The notes below the pieces were generated by a model. That model was not told the DNA's origin. It made no database searches and saw nothing but the letters and a program-made list of their open reading frames with translations. This document shows positions 57,401 to 64,000 of a DNA stretch of 64,000 nt, piece by piece. Both the position numbers and the translations under genes were made by a program. This DNA is from Phycisphaerales bacterium (GTDB lineage: Bacteria > Planctomycetota > Phycisphaerae > Phycisphaerales > UBA1924). Positions within the stretch are counted from its first letter, which is position 1. The number at the start of each line of letters is the position of its first letter. The stretch is from positions 2,080,001-2,144,000 of the forward strand of contig OZ245777.1 in NCBI GenBank assembly GCA_965227775.1, read 5' to 3'.

Positions 57401-59684
57401 TGTGGGCGCGGTCGACGCCTTCGGCGGGCTCTTCGAGGCGAACGGTGAGGAAGTATTCGCGTTCGGGCGGGGCGTTCTCGGGGGTGGTGGTGACCGAGAC
57501 AGCGGCGGGGTTCTGGGGCGGGAAGTCCGCCCACGTGGGGGTGGCGAGCTCGGTGTCGGCCTCGGGGCGCAGGCGAACGCCGTAGGTGTGCTCGACGTTC
57601 CAGTCGAGCCGGCGAGGCCGTCCGAGGTTGGCATAGACGTCCCTGAAGAATCCGGGGGCGTCCTCGAGGCTCGCGCCGGGGGCGTCAGGCTGGAGGTTGG
57701 GGATCTCGTAGTTGACCCGCCACTCGTGCGCGCGTGGCTCGCCCTCTCCGCCGGTTGCCCGGAGCGGGAGCAGTTCCTGCCACGGGTTGAGGTGCTCGCG
57801 AGCCCCCGCGCCCCAGGTGTGGAAGACGTTGAGCTTGTTATGGTTGATCAGATCGTCGAGGTACTCGTCCGCGGCGCGGACGGAGTCGGGGTCGTTCGGG
57901 TCGGCGTGCGGTGCCGGCGGGTACTTCACCTCGAGCACCCCTTCGACGCTCCTGGACGAGTTGGCGAGGCGGAAGTGGTGCCCGTCCCTGGTCGAGATGG
58001 TTGGCACCAGGGCGAGGCGCCAGTCGTCGGCGCCGTCCGGTGTCGACGCGCACCGGAGCACGTCGAACTCGACGGCCTCGGAGCCGACGGGAAAGTCATG
58101 GCGTTCGAGCACCCACCGCGGGCCGTCGCTGTCGTCGGTGCCACGGGCCGAGGTGAGCAGGCGCGTCTCGCGGTCGATGAGCAGGGTAACGCCGCCCCCG
58201 TTCGCGCCGAGGTCGGCTTTGCCGTAGAAGAGGTAGCCCCGTCCCGGGGCGGGTTGCGGGCCGACGTACTCGATCGCGTCCATCGGCTTGCCACCGGCGT
58301 CGTAGATCTTGACCGTGTTGGGCCAGGTCGGGGGCCCCCCCTGCTGCGCGCGCGAGACCTCCGCGTCGATCTTCGCGCGTTCGGCGTCGATCGGCGCGAC
58401 CACGAGCAGTCGCGGAGCGTCCGTCGCGGAGTCGGGTGCGATCGCGGGCTTGAGGGAGGCCTCGACGGAGTCGAACAGTTTCCATTCGATGTGCTCCGGG
58501 ATCCCGCCGGCAGCGTCCTCGGGCGTTTCGGGGTAGACGACGAGCTTGCGAAGGTCGCCCAGCCTGAGGCCCTTGGGGCTCCAGTCGCTCTGTGCGCCGG
58601 GTTGGTCGCTCTCGCCGTCGGGATTCTGTTCCGTGGCGTTCCTCTTGCCCAGGTCCATGCTGGCGATCCGACGTTCCCGTCTTCTCCGGTAGTAAACGGC
58701 GCCGTCGGCGTCGAAAGCGGCCTCGACGAAGGGGATCGGGTCGTCCTCGACGTAGACGCGATCGTTGAGCGTCGGTTGCCTGCTCCACTCGGCCCGGAGC
58801 GGGGCGGGCGTGATGGCGTCGAGCCCGGAGAAGTACGACCTGACCGCCCGACGCGACGCGTCGTCGGCGGGTTCCAGCACCTGGACCCCGTCCGGGGACT
58901 GGATCGTTACGCGGAACCGTTCGACCTGGTCGAGCAATCCGATCTGGGCCCTGGTCGCGACCCGGGCCATCAGCCCGCACAGGCTCTGCAGGTTGGTCAC
59001 GGTGACCGGCGTCTGCTCGCCCTCACTCTCCCGGAGTTCGGCCCGATCGAGCGACATCAGGAAGGCCTCGGAGCCCTCGCCCGGTCGAAGAGACTGGGCG
59101 TCGAACCGTCGGGTGACCCCGCCCCAGAACCCGAGGACCAGGGAGTCGGCGAGGCGGCCCGCGGCCGCTCGGAGCGAATCCGGGGTCGGGTCGTCGCCGA
59201 CGGTGGCGTCCCACTGTTCCGCGAGGGACACGTTGTAGCTCGTGGCGAACGCGCCGGTCGGGGCGGGGGCGGGCTCCGGGAGTCCCTTCTGGCCGGGCCG
59301 TTGCGGTCGGGGCGGCCCGGCGTTCTGCTCCCGGAACCTGGACGGGTCGAGGACCTCGTTGGCGGTCGTGCGGGGCACGCTCACCTTATCGAGCCCGTCG
59401 ATCGGGGACCCGGAGGCGTCGAGCAGCTCGATGCGGACATCTGTCAGCGACGGGAGGTTGACCGGGACGAGCCGCTCGGGAGTGGAGGAGCCGGGTCGGC
59501 GGTCGACGAGGACGCACTCGGGCGTTGCGCCCTGTCGGAGTGCGTCGACCCAGTCGCCCATGGTGGAGCCGGCGTCGGGGCGGTCGGCGCGCTCGATGTG
59601 CGGTTGGTAGCACATCCAGAGCTCGCCCTTCTGGTCGTCGTCCCAGTGGCGTAGGTAGAAATCGATGGTGAAGTGGACCTTCAT
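54477..59684 (-). CDS. Giant hypothetical protein (1735 aa)
   Basis: Uninterrupted 5.2-kb ORF with strong GC3 bias and GGAG SD, 18 bp after the upstream stop. No recognisable domain. Confidence 0.85.
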   Translation of the reverse strand: MKVHFTIDFYLRHWDDDQKGELWMCYQPHIERADRPDAGSTMGDWVDALRQGATPECVLVDRRPGSSTPERLVPVNLPSLTDVRIELLDASGSPIDGLDKVSVPRTTANEVLDPSRFREQNAGPPRPQRPGQKGLPEPAPAPTGAFATSYNVSLAEQWDATVGDDPTPDSLRAAAGRLADSLVLGFWGGVTRRFDAQSLRPGEGSEAFLMSLDRAELRESEGEQTPVTVTNLQSLCGLMARVATRAQIGLLDQVERFRVTIQSPDGVQVLEPADDASRRAVRSYFSGLDAITPAPLRAEWSRQPTLNDRVYVEDDPIPFVEAAFDADGAVYYRRRRERRIASMDLGKRNATEQNPDGESDQPGAQSDWSPKGLRLGDLRKLVVYPETPEDAAGGIPEHIEWKLFDSVEASLKPAIAPDSATDAPRLLVVAPIDAERAKIDAEVSRAQQGGPPTWPNTVKIYDAGGKPMDAIEYVGPQPAPGRGYLFYGKADLGANGGGVTLLIDRETRLLTSARGTDDSDGPRWVLERHDFPVGSEAVEFDVLRCASTPDGADDWRLALVPTISTRDGHHFRLANSSRSVEGVLEVKYPPAPHADPNDPDSVRAADEYLDDLINHNKLNVFHTWGAGAREHLNPWQELLPLRATGGEGEPRAHEWRVNYEIPNLQPDAPGASLEDAPGFFRDVYANLGRPRRLDWNVEHTYGVRLRPEADTELATPTWADFPPQNPAAVSVTTTPENAPPEREYFLTVRLEEPAEGVDRAHIRCRTGWLASAPEPTPDDKGVDEAGRRVAAWRSIAELANAQRVILRARAVRFDRLAKMGANAPVATDTLLAEYLADVYAARPAWDVTETVGRTARAWMDSPPTDPVFAFDPIDLPTPDASRLGDLANLVEFSLEIHRPERAVPPREKADEWQAVRPVPVPLVEDPEGGPDPVFSPDISLDPTVDVRGFNTELAEWIDELRTSAVTLAPDADAHPNHVERVARVIGSGGADSAEGWIIPERAATPENRRTSAVVCPVTFLPITPRGPLGPGVFTIAKRFVRTLDVAKRGEIAAWSDPAAAQDPGENPPPGVSPGRFGLDRWRAHTARVDALAPALDTLVERMIALLRAAPDAREHSSVAPAAKKLAARLRAPAHEGTGGPLWRAVSSRVAALLRADLTLFADAKSFLVTEFSGVAPLDLPRMFFRFETTKLIRPATSTEPALFTESDELGFREVLKDGSNEPSTFIEVLDDTRYDNDFQIPELPRAFSFETVMDQIRTGEPNPPGEGDIEVESIVTPAGTDENFVRLAAREPVAEPVHIHTGHIARFTEPVHHGQPRTPLTTGERVDLEELLSGDIADPKGAAARVIAASDGFAPTQRIDDFVLSAIFAVTGDEERLDGSPSADIESIKYDAWSVSVYGEDDADGWRPKPWPAHPTRLSPPTFEVLKELLDKEDPQELSALSLQRILTPRTITEVASLLEPPKVPTDAIPEGLPEIRLDPTNPGRLTITGASPNAGIEAALLVPEAIAGTAPPPPGNLLLVINARAPVWRRSAIAVLQTRNTTPESDTKPGRSLAGLALDPRFEQVSDPSHPGSLHRPNIERLLTEVEPVELDDAPYTLRELISQLLIERQDNLEFLPPSVGRRPWEHHALTITRAYVARTQMMGEYPGFSTDEPVKVTRGQWDSRFPVAPPVHAGAPDWDLERADWFPDKHAEYAFDFQWVDENNSPILRFSDVRVIVKGRSDNRPIPGFPAPE

Positions 59685-59702
59685 CCGGTGGCACTCCGGT
59701 GC

Positions 59703-62700
59703 TCAGAGGGGAAGCTCGTAGCGGACGCGCATGGGGATGCGCACGGAAATGGACTTGCAGAGCTTGAACCAGCCCTTGCCGATGCAGGCGCGGGCGCTGG
59801 CGCTGGCCCAGAGCTCGAAGTCGAGTCGGAGCAGGGCCGGGTCGGGCCCGTCCTCGACCCGGTGGGACCCGCCCGGGAGGGTGCGGACCTGCTTGCCCCA
59901 GAGGACGGTGACGCGGGCCTCGGCGGAGATCATGATCTCGACGCGTACCGAGATGATCCACCAGTTGAGCTCTCCCCCGCCGCGTGCGATCACGCCGACG
60001 GCGCCGACGATGCGGAAGCCGGCGACCTCGCCGAGGCCCGAGTCGCCGTGTCGTCTTTGGAAGACGAAGTCGCCCTCGAGGATGGCGTAAACACCGATGG
60101 AGACCCAGGCGCTGAAGACGCCGTTGCCGAAGGCGGCGCCCAGCCCCACCTGGAGGGCGTACCCGCCGGCGAGCTGGAGGTACTTGCCCTGCTCGAGCTC
60201 CCGCGTCAGGGTGCGTTTGCGGATGTACATCCCGGCAACACCCTGGAAGGGCGTGGCGATGGCGCCGAAGGAGCGGTCCCAGCGGCGCGGCCGGTTGCTC
60301 GGGAGCCAGGGGAAGCCGACGTCGAGGGTGAACCCACCGTTCATCATGATCTCGATGGAGATCACGCCGCCCATGAAGCGGACGGCGGGGAGCGTGACGG
60401 CGGGGACGCGGACGGAGACGTACCAAGCGTCTTCGTCGGGAACGCGCCCCTTGGCGTAGAGGACGGAGATCGCGATGTCGAGGCCGAACCACTCCTTGAG
60501 GAAGCCGTCTCGGAGGAGCAGGCCGTAGTAGCGGCGGTCCTGGAAAAGGAACTTGCCGACGAACATTCCGAAGAGGTCGAAGCCGGCGGCGAAGGTCCAC
60601 GATCCGATGCCGTCACCGGGGGAGGGGATGAGCTCGTGTTTGTCGATGGCCTCCGCGAGGCGGTCCTTGACCGTGCCCTGATCTTCGGGGGCGTCGATGG
60701 CAACGACCTCGCGGGCAAGGTCCTCCGGGAGCGAGACGTTGTAGCCGATGAGCACCCAGTGGATCGCGAGGCTGGAGTCGGTCTTGGGGAGCGGGAGGTA
60801 GGCGAGGAAGCCCTTCTCGCCGTCCTCGGTGGAGAAGAAGTCGATCCTGAGGTCGTTGAGGAGCGTCTTTCCGAGGATGGCGAGCTCGACGTCCTTCATG
60901 CGGAGCCAGGTCGTCTTCCGCCTGTTGACGGTGACGTCTTCGAGCTCAGCGTGCTCGATCTTGAGCGTCAGGAAACGCATCAGGTCGAGGGAGAGCCCCT
61001 TCATGGAGAAGCCGCGCAGGCCGAGTGTGAGCCGGTCGGGCGACCATCCGCCGTCGTCGAGTCCGAGCCCGACAAAGAGGTCGATGATGAGCCGGTCGAC
61101 GCTGATGATGGCCAACTCGGGCAGCTTCATCAGCCCGAGCCGGAACTCAAGGAAGGTGCCGGAGCTGGAGGGTGTCGGGGTCGACTTGCTCATGAGGGTG
61201 ATGGCGCTGAGCGATTCGAGCCATCGGCCAAAGTCGGGTCCGTCCGGCCAGCTGACGCCGATGGAGCGGAGGCCCATCTCAAACATGCCGATGCGGAAGG
61301 ACCGCTCCTTGAGCTTGAAGCGGAAGCTCGGGTAGTTGATGGAGACGGGCCAAGGGAGGTCCCGGTCGCCTGAGCCGGGTCGTTCGAGGAGGACCTGGAG
61401 GGCATCGAAGCGGATGGACTCGACGCCTAGCCCGAAGGCGTCGAATTCCTGGAGCTGGATGTTGCCGTCGAGATCGATCACCGTGCGGGTCTGGCCGGTG
61501 TCCCCGTCCCGGGTCGCGACCTTCTCCCGGCGGAGCTCAGCGCGACGGAGTGAGAGTTGCTTGATCGGGCCGAATCCTGTCGCCGGGAGGAGCTCCAGTT
61601 CGCGGTCGAGCTCGCCGATGAACCTGACTTTGTCGGACTCGCGGTCGAGGGAGCCCTTGATCTTGAGAACGCGCTGGTCGTTGGGGTCGTGGTGCAGCCC
61701 GAGCGCGCTTCGGAACTCGGCCTTCGCGTCCACGTCGAACAGCGTGAGTCGGGAGTTGCGCCAGCGGACGTCGATTCGTTCGACCTGGAAACCGACCTCG
61801 TCTCGTTCGGTGCCGGTGTCGGGGTCGTACCCGACGCCCGCCTTGGGGTTGTACCACAGGGCGCGGCCGGTAAAGTTCGGGTCGGTGCCGTCGTCGCCTT
61901 CCGGGGGCGGAGTGACGGCCAGGTAGGTCAGGCGGAGTTTGTCGGGCGCGATCGACTCGAAGACCTCGAAGGCCTCGATATCAAGATCGAGCTGGAAGAG
62001 GATGAGACCGACCCAGCCGGGCTCGAGGATGTCGGGGTCGACAGTCTTGCGGACGCGCGCCAGCTCGTCCTTGGTGAAGCCGCACTCTTTCTCCAGGATG
62101 TGGAGGAGCGAGACAGAACGGCTCAGTTTGATGACGCCGCGGGGCGTCTTCTTGGGGAGGTCCTGGTCGGTCTGCGGGGGGACGGGGTTCTCGCTGGGGG
62201 GGCCGCTGGTGCGGATCGCGTGGGCGCCGCCCTTGCTCTGACCCGTGGCGTCGAGGAACTGGCCGAAGGGGTTGGGGAACGCGCTGCCGCCGCCGTGCTT
62301 GATGACGAAGTAGTCGGTGGGGGCGTCGGGGTGGACGTGGAACTCGACTCCGATGGTGCCGAAGAGTCGCCTAACCCGGTGGAGGGAGGTGCTGATGTGG
62401 TCGGCGTTCTCGCGTGGCACGAAGACGCGGCTGGGCTTGACCCTGCGGTCGGCCGACGCCGGGGCCTCTTTCATAAAGGTCTCGTGGTCGGCCTTCTGGA
62501 GGTCGTAGGTCATGTCCGCGAGGGTGGAGTCGAGCTTCTTCTTGAACTCGTCGCGGATTGTTCCCTGGTTGAGAGCGAAGGCCTTGTCGGAGAGCAGGGG
62601 GATGTGTTCGCCTGCTTGGGAGCCGAACATGTACGTGCTGAGCCGGCGGGGCGTCTGGGGGTTGTCCGTGGAGAGGGCGTAGGAACGCCCGGGTCGGGCG

Positions 62701-63995
62701 TGCTCGAGGACCGCTCGCTCGAGCGCAAGGGACGGCAGGGTCAGCCCAGCGGCGATGCCGGCCTCGATCTCTTCGGGGATGTGGCCGGTGTGGGGCACGC
62801 GCGAGGCCGCGCCGCTGACGGGGGCGATTCGGGCCCCGTGCTCGAGGTGGAAGCGGCTGAGGCCGACGAACCCGTGCACGCCCCCCGCCCCCGCGGCCCC
62901 GCCGCTGCTCTCGCCCCCCGGCCCAACGGCGAAGCGGGCGCCCTTCTGGGCGTTCGTCGCGAGGAGGAGCGTGCCCGTCTTCGCGCTCGTGAAGGGGCGT
63001 ACGTTCAGGAGCACGCCGTCGTCCGTGTCGTCGATCCAGGCGGCGTACCGCCACTGCTTCACCTTATTGAGCCCATCGGCGTAGGCGAAACTGAGCAAAG
63101 ACATGCGCGGATCGACGGGGGGCGGGACGAAGGACGCTCTGGCGAGGCGCGCACGGGCGTTGGAGCCGGCGGGTCTGGGAGCGAACGCGAGGCGGAACGC
63201 CGGGGCGTTCAGCGCCATCTGCGCGACCAGCGGGTTCTGCTGGTCGATCCACTCCCCACCTCCGTCGGGGTCCGTGTGGAGCGGGACGAGCGTGTTCTGG
63301 GTGGTGGAGTCATCGAGAACGAACCGGAATCGGTCCCACCAGGTCACGGCGCTGTCGAGTCGGATGGGGTGATCGGGCGCCACGGAAACGAATCGGCGCT
63401 GGTGGCCCGGCCAGTGGATTGGTTCTCCGGTCACGTAGGCGTTCGCCAGAGTGGCGGTCTCACACGAGAACGCCGCGTGCCCGACCTCCCAGCGTGCGAC
63501 CGGGGCGTCGAGCCTGAGGGTCCACGTTCCGCGTCCGCCGCGCACGCTGATCGGCATCGGATCGAGCGCGATGGAATCCGTTCTGACGATGCCCAGGCGG
63601 AACGCTAAGCGGTTGGGCCCTTCGCCCGGCACGCCGACGACCGAATCGGGCTGGAAGGCGTCGAGGGAGAACAGGGCGCTGCCGACGTCTACGACCAAGT
63701 CGCCGACGGGATCGGGTGTGCTGGCTTCGAGCAGCCAGACTCGGTTCAGGGAGTCCTGGGGATGCTCACCCAGCGCCGGGCAGAAGACGCCCGCGCTGGT
63801 TTCGACGACCGAGATGCCAAGCTTGGCGACGAATCGGTGGACTCCGTGGAGCAACAGGTCAACTTGCAGGTCCACCCGGTTCGACACGAGGGTCACGTTC
63901 CAGGTCCCTTCGACGCCCGGAGGAAGAGCGGTGCGGCCCACCCGTCCGTCAGGGGCGACGTCGAATTCGGCGCCGAATAGCTTCAGCTTCCTCAT
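59703..63995 (-). CDS. Giant hypothetical beta-rich protein (>=1430 aa; may start beyond the window), DUF6603-like C-terminus
   Basis: Uninterrupted 4.3-kb ORF. The C-terminal ~350 aa are successive amphipathic Gly/aromatic beta strands (GGFTLDVGFPW, GGYALQVGLG, GGGELNWWIISV). Confidence 0.85.
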   Translation of the reverse strand: MRKLKLFGAEFDVAPDGRVGRTALPPGVEGTWNVTLVSNRVDLQVDLLLHGVHRFVAKLGISVVETSAGVFCPALGEHPQDSLNRVWLLEASTPDPVGDLVVDVGSALFSLDAFQPDSVVGVPGEGPNRLAFRLGIVRTDSIALDPMPISVRGGRGTWTLRLDAPVARWEVGHAAFSCETATLANAYVTGEPIHWPGHQRRFVSVAPDHPIRLDSAVTWWDRFRFVLDDSTTQNTLVPLHTDPDGGGEWIDQQNPLVAQMALNAPAFRLAFAPRPAGSNARARLARASFVPPPVDPRMSLLSFAYADGLNKVKQWRYAAWIDDTDDGVLLNVRPFTSAKTGTLLLATNAQKGARFAVGPGGESSGGAAGAGGVHGFVGLSRFHLEHGARIAPVSGAASRVPHTGHIPEEIEAGIAAGLTLPSLALERAVLEHARPGRSYALSTDNPQTPRRLSTYMFGSQAGEHIPLLSDKAFALNQGTIRDEFKKKLDSTLADMTYDLQKADHETFMKEAPASADRRVKPSRVFVPRENADHISTSLHRVRRLFGTIGVEFHVHPDAPTDYFVIKHGGGSAFPNPFGQFLDATGQSKGGAHAIRTSGPPSENPVPPQTDQDLPKKTPRGVIKLSRSVSLLHILEKECGFTKDELARVRKTVDPDILEPGWVGLILFQLDLDIEAFEVFESIAPDKLRLTYLAVTPPPEGDDGTDPNFTGRALWYNPKAGVGYDPDTGTERDEVGFQVERIDVRWRNSRLTLFDVDAKAEFRSALGLHHDPNDQRVLKIKGSLDRESDKVRFIGELDRELELLPATGFGPIKQLSLRRAELRREKVATRDGDTGQTRTVIDLDGNIQLQEFDAFGLGVESIRFDALQVLLERPGSGDRDLPWPVSINYPSFRFKLKERSFRIGMFEMGLRSIGVSWPDGPDFGRWLESLSAITLMSKSTPTPSSSGTFLEFRLGLMKLPELAIISVDRLIIDLFVGLGLDDGGWSPDRLTLGLRGFSMKGLSLDLMRFLTLKIEHAELEDVTVNRRKTTWLRMKDVELAILGKTLLNDLRIDFFSTEDGEKGFLAYLPLPKTDSSLAIHWVLIGYNVSLPEDLAREVVAIDAPEDQGTVKDRLAEAIDKHELIPSPGDGIGSWTFAAGFDLFGMFVGKFLFQDRRYYGLLLRDGFLKEWFGLDIAISVLYAKGRVPDEDAWYVSVRVPAVTLPAVRFMGGVISIEIMMNGGFTLDVGFPWLPSNRPRRWDRSFGAIATPFQGVAGMYIRKRTLTRELEQGKYLQLAGGYALQVGLGAAFGNGVFSAWVSIGVYAILEGDFVFQRRHGDSGLGEVAGFRIVGAVGVIARGGGELNWWIISVRVEIMISAEARVTVLWGKQVRTLPGGSHRVEDGPDPALLRLDFELWASASARACIGKGWFKLCKSISVRIPMRVRYELPL

Positions 63996-64000
63996 GGGTC

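Larger units (their letters stand above)
53095..64000. mobile_element. Genomic island 2 (extends beyond the window), related to island 1
   Basis: Begins at att copy 2 with the same ~170-bp end structure as island 1. Codon style is distinct from the backbone. Confidence 0.65.

Noticed and set aside
54931..63608. Long plus-strand ORFs (501-750 aa) opposite the two giant island genes
   Set aside because: Shadow ORFs of high-GC coding sequence. The minus-strand frames have protein-like composition and a plausible SD.
1..64000. CRISPR array, rRNA, prophage structural genes, or known defence genes
   Set aside because: No regularly spaced repeats, rRNA-like sequence, or recognisable cas/phage/restriction motifs were seen by eye.

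Overview
This is a high-GC bacterial chromosome segment, most likely from Planctomycetota (Phycisphaerales). That assignment is an inference from a LEPR-XLL-type giant surface protein and a C-terminal 'GC-type dockerin' protein. Positions 1 to ~43,000 are backbone: tandem CNNM genes, hscB-like, a 2481-aa surface protein, thiol-redox genes, rseP, deoC, a GluR0-like channel, an ECF sigma/anti-sigma pair, purB, fbaB, rnc, rpmH, nuoB, yihY-like and a pseudouridine synthase. Two copies of a minus-strand tRNA-Ser 3' end lie at 43006-43027 and 53074-53094. Each is followed ~115 bp later by the same 37-bp motif. They delimit two related islands integrated in tandem. Island 1 (~10 kb) has no visible integrase and carries stress/xenobiotic-response genes plus an IS3 remnant. 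Island 2 (from ~53.1 kb, running off the window) carries an L,D-transpeptidase-like small gene and two giant uncharacterised genes (1735 aa and >=1430 aa); these are the best candidate for an undescribed system. Separately, purB contains a sharply bounded ~470-bp in-frame patch with alien codon usage. All calls come from reading motifs by eye; no database searches were run.
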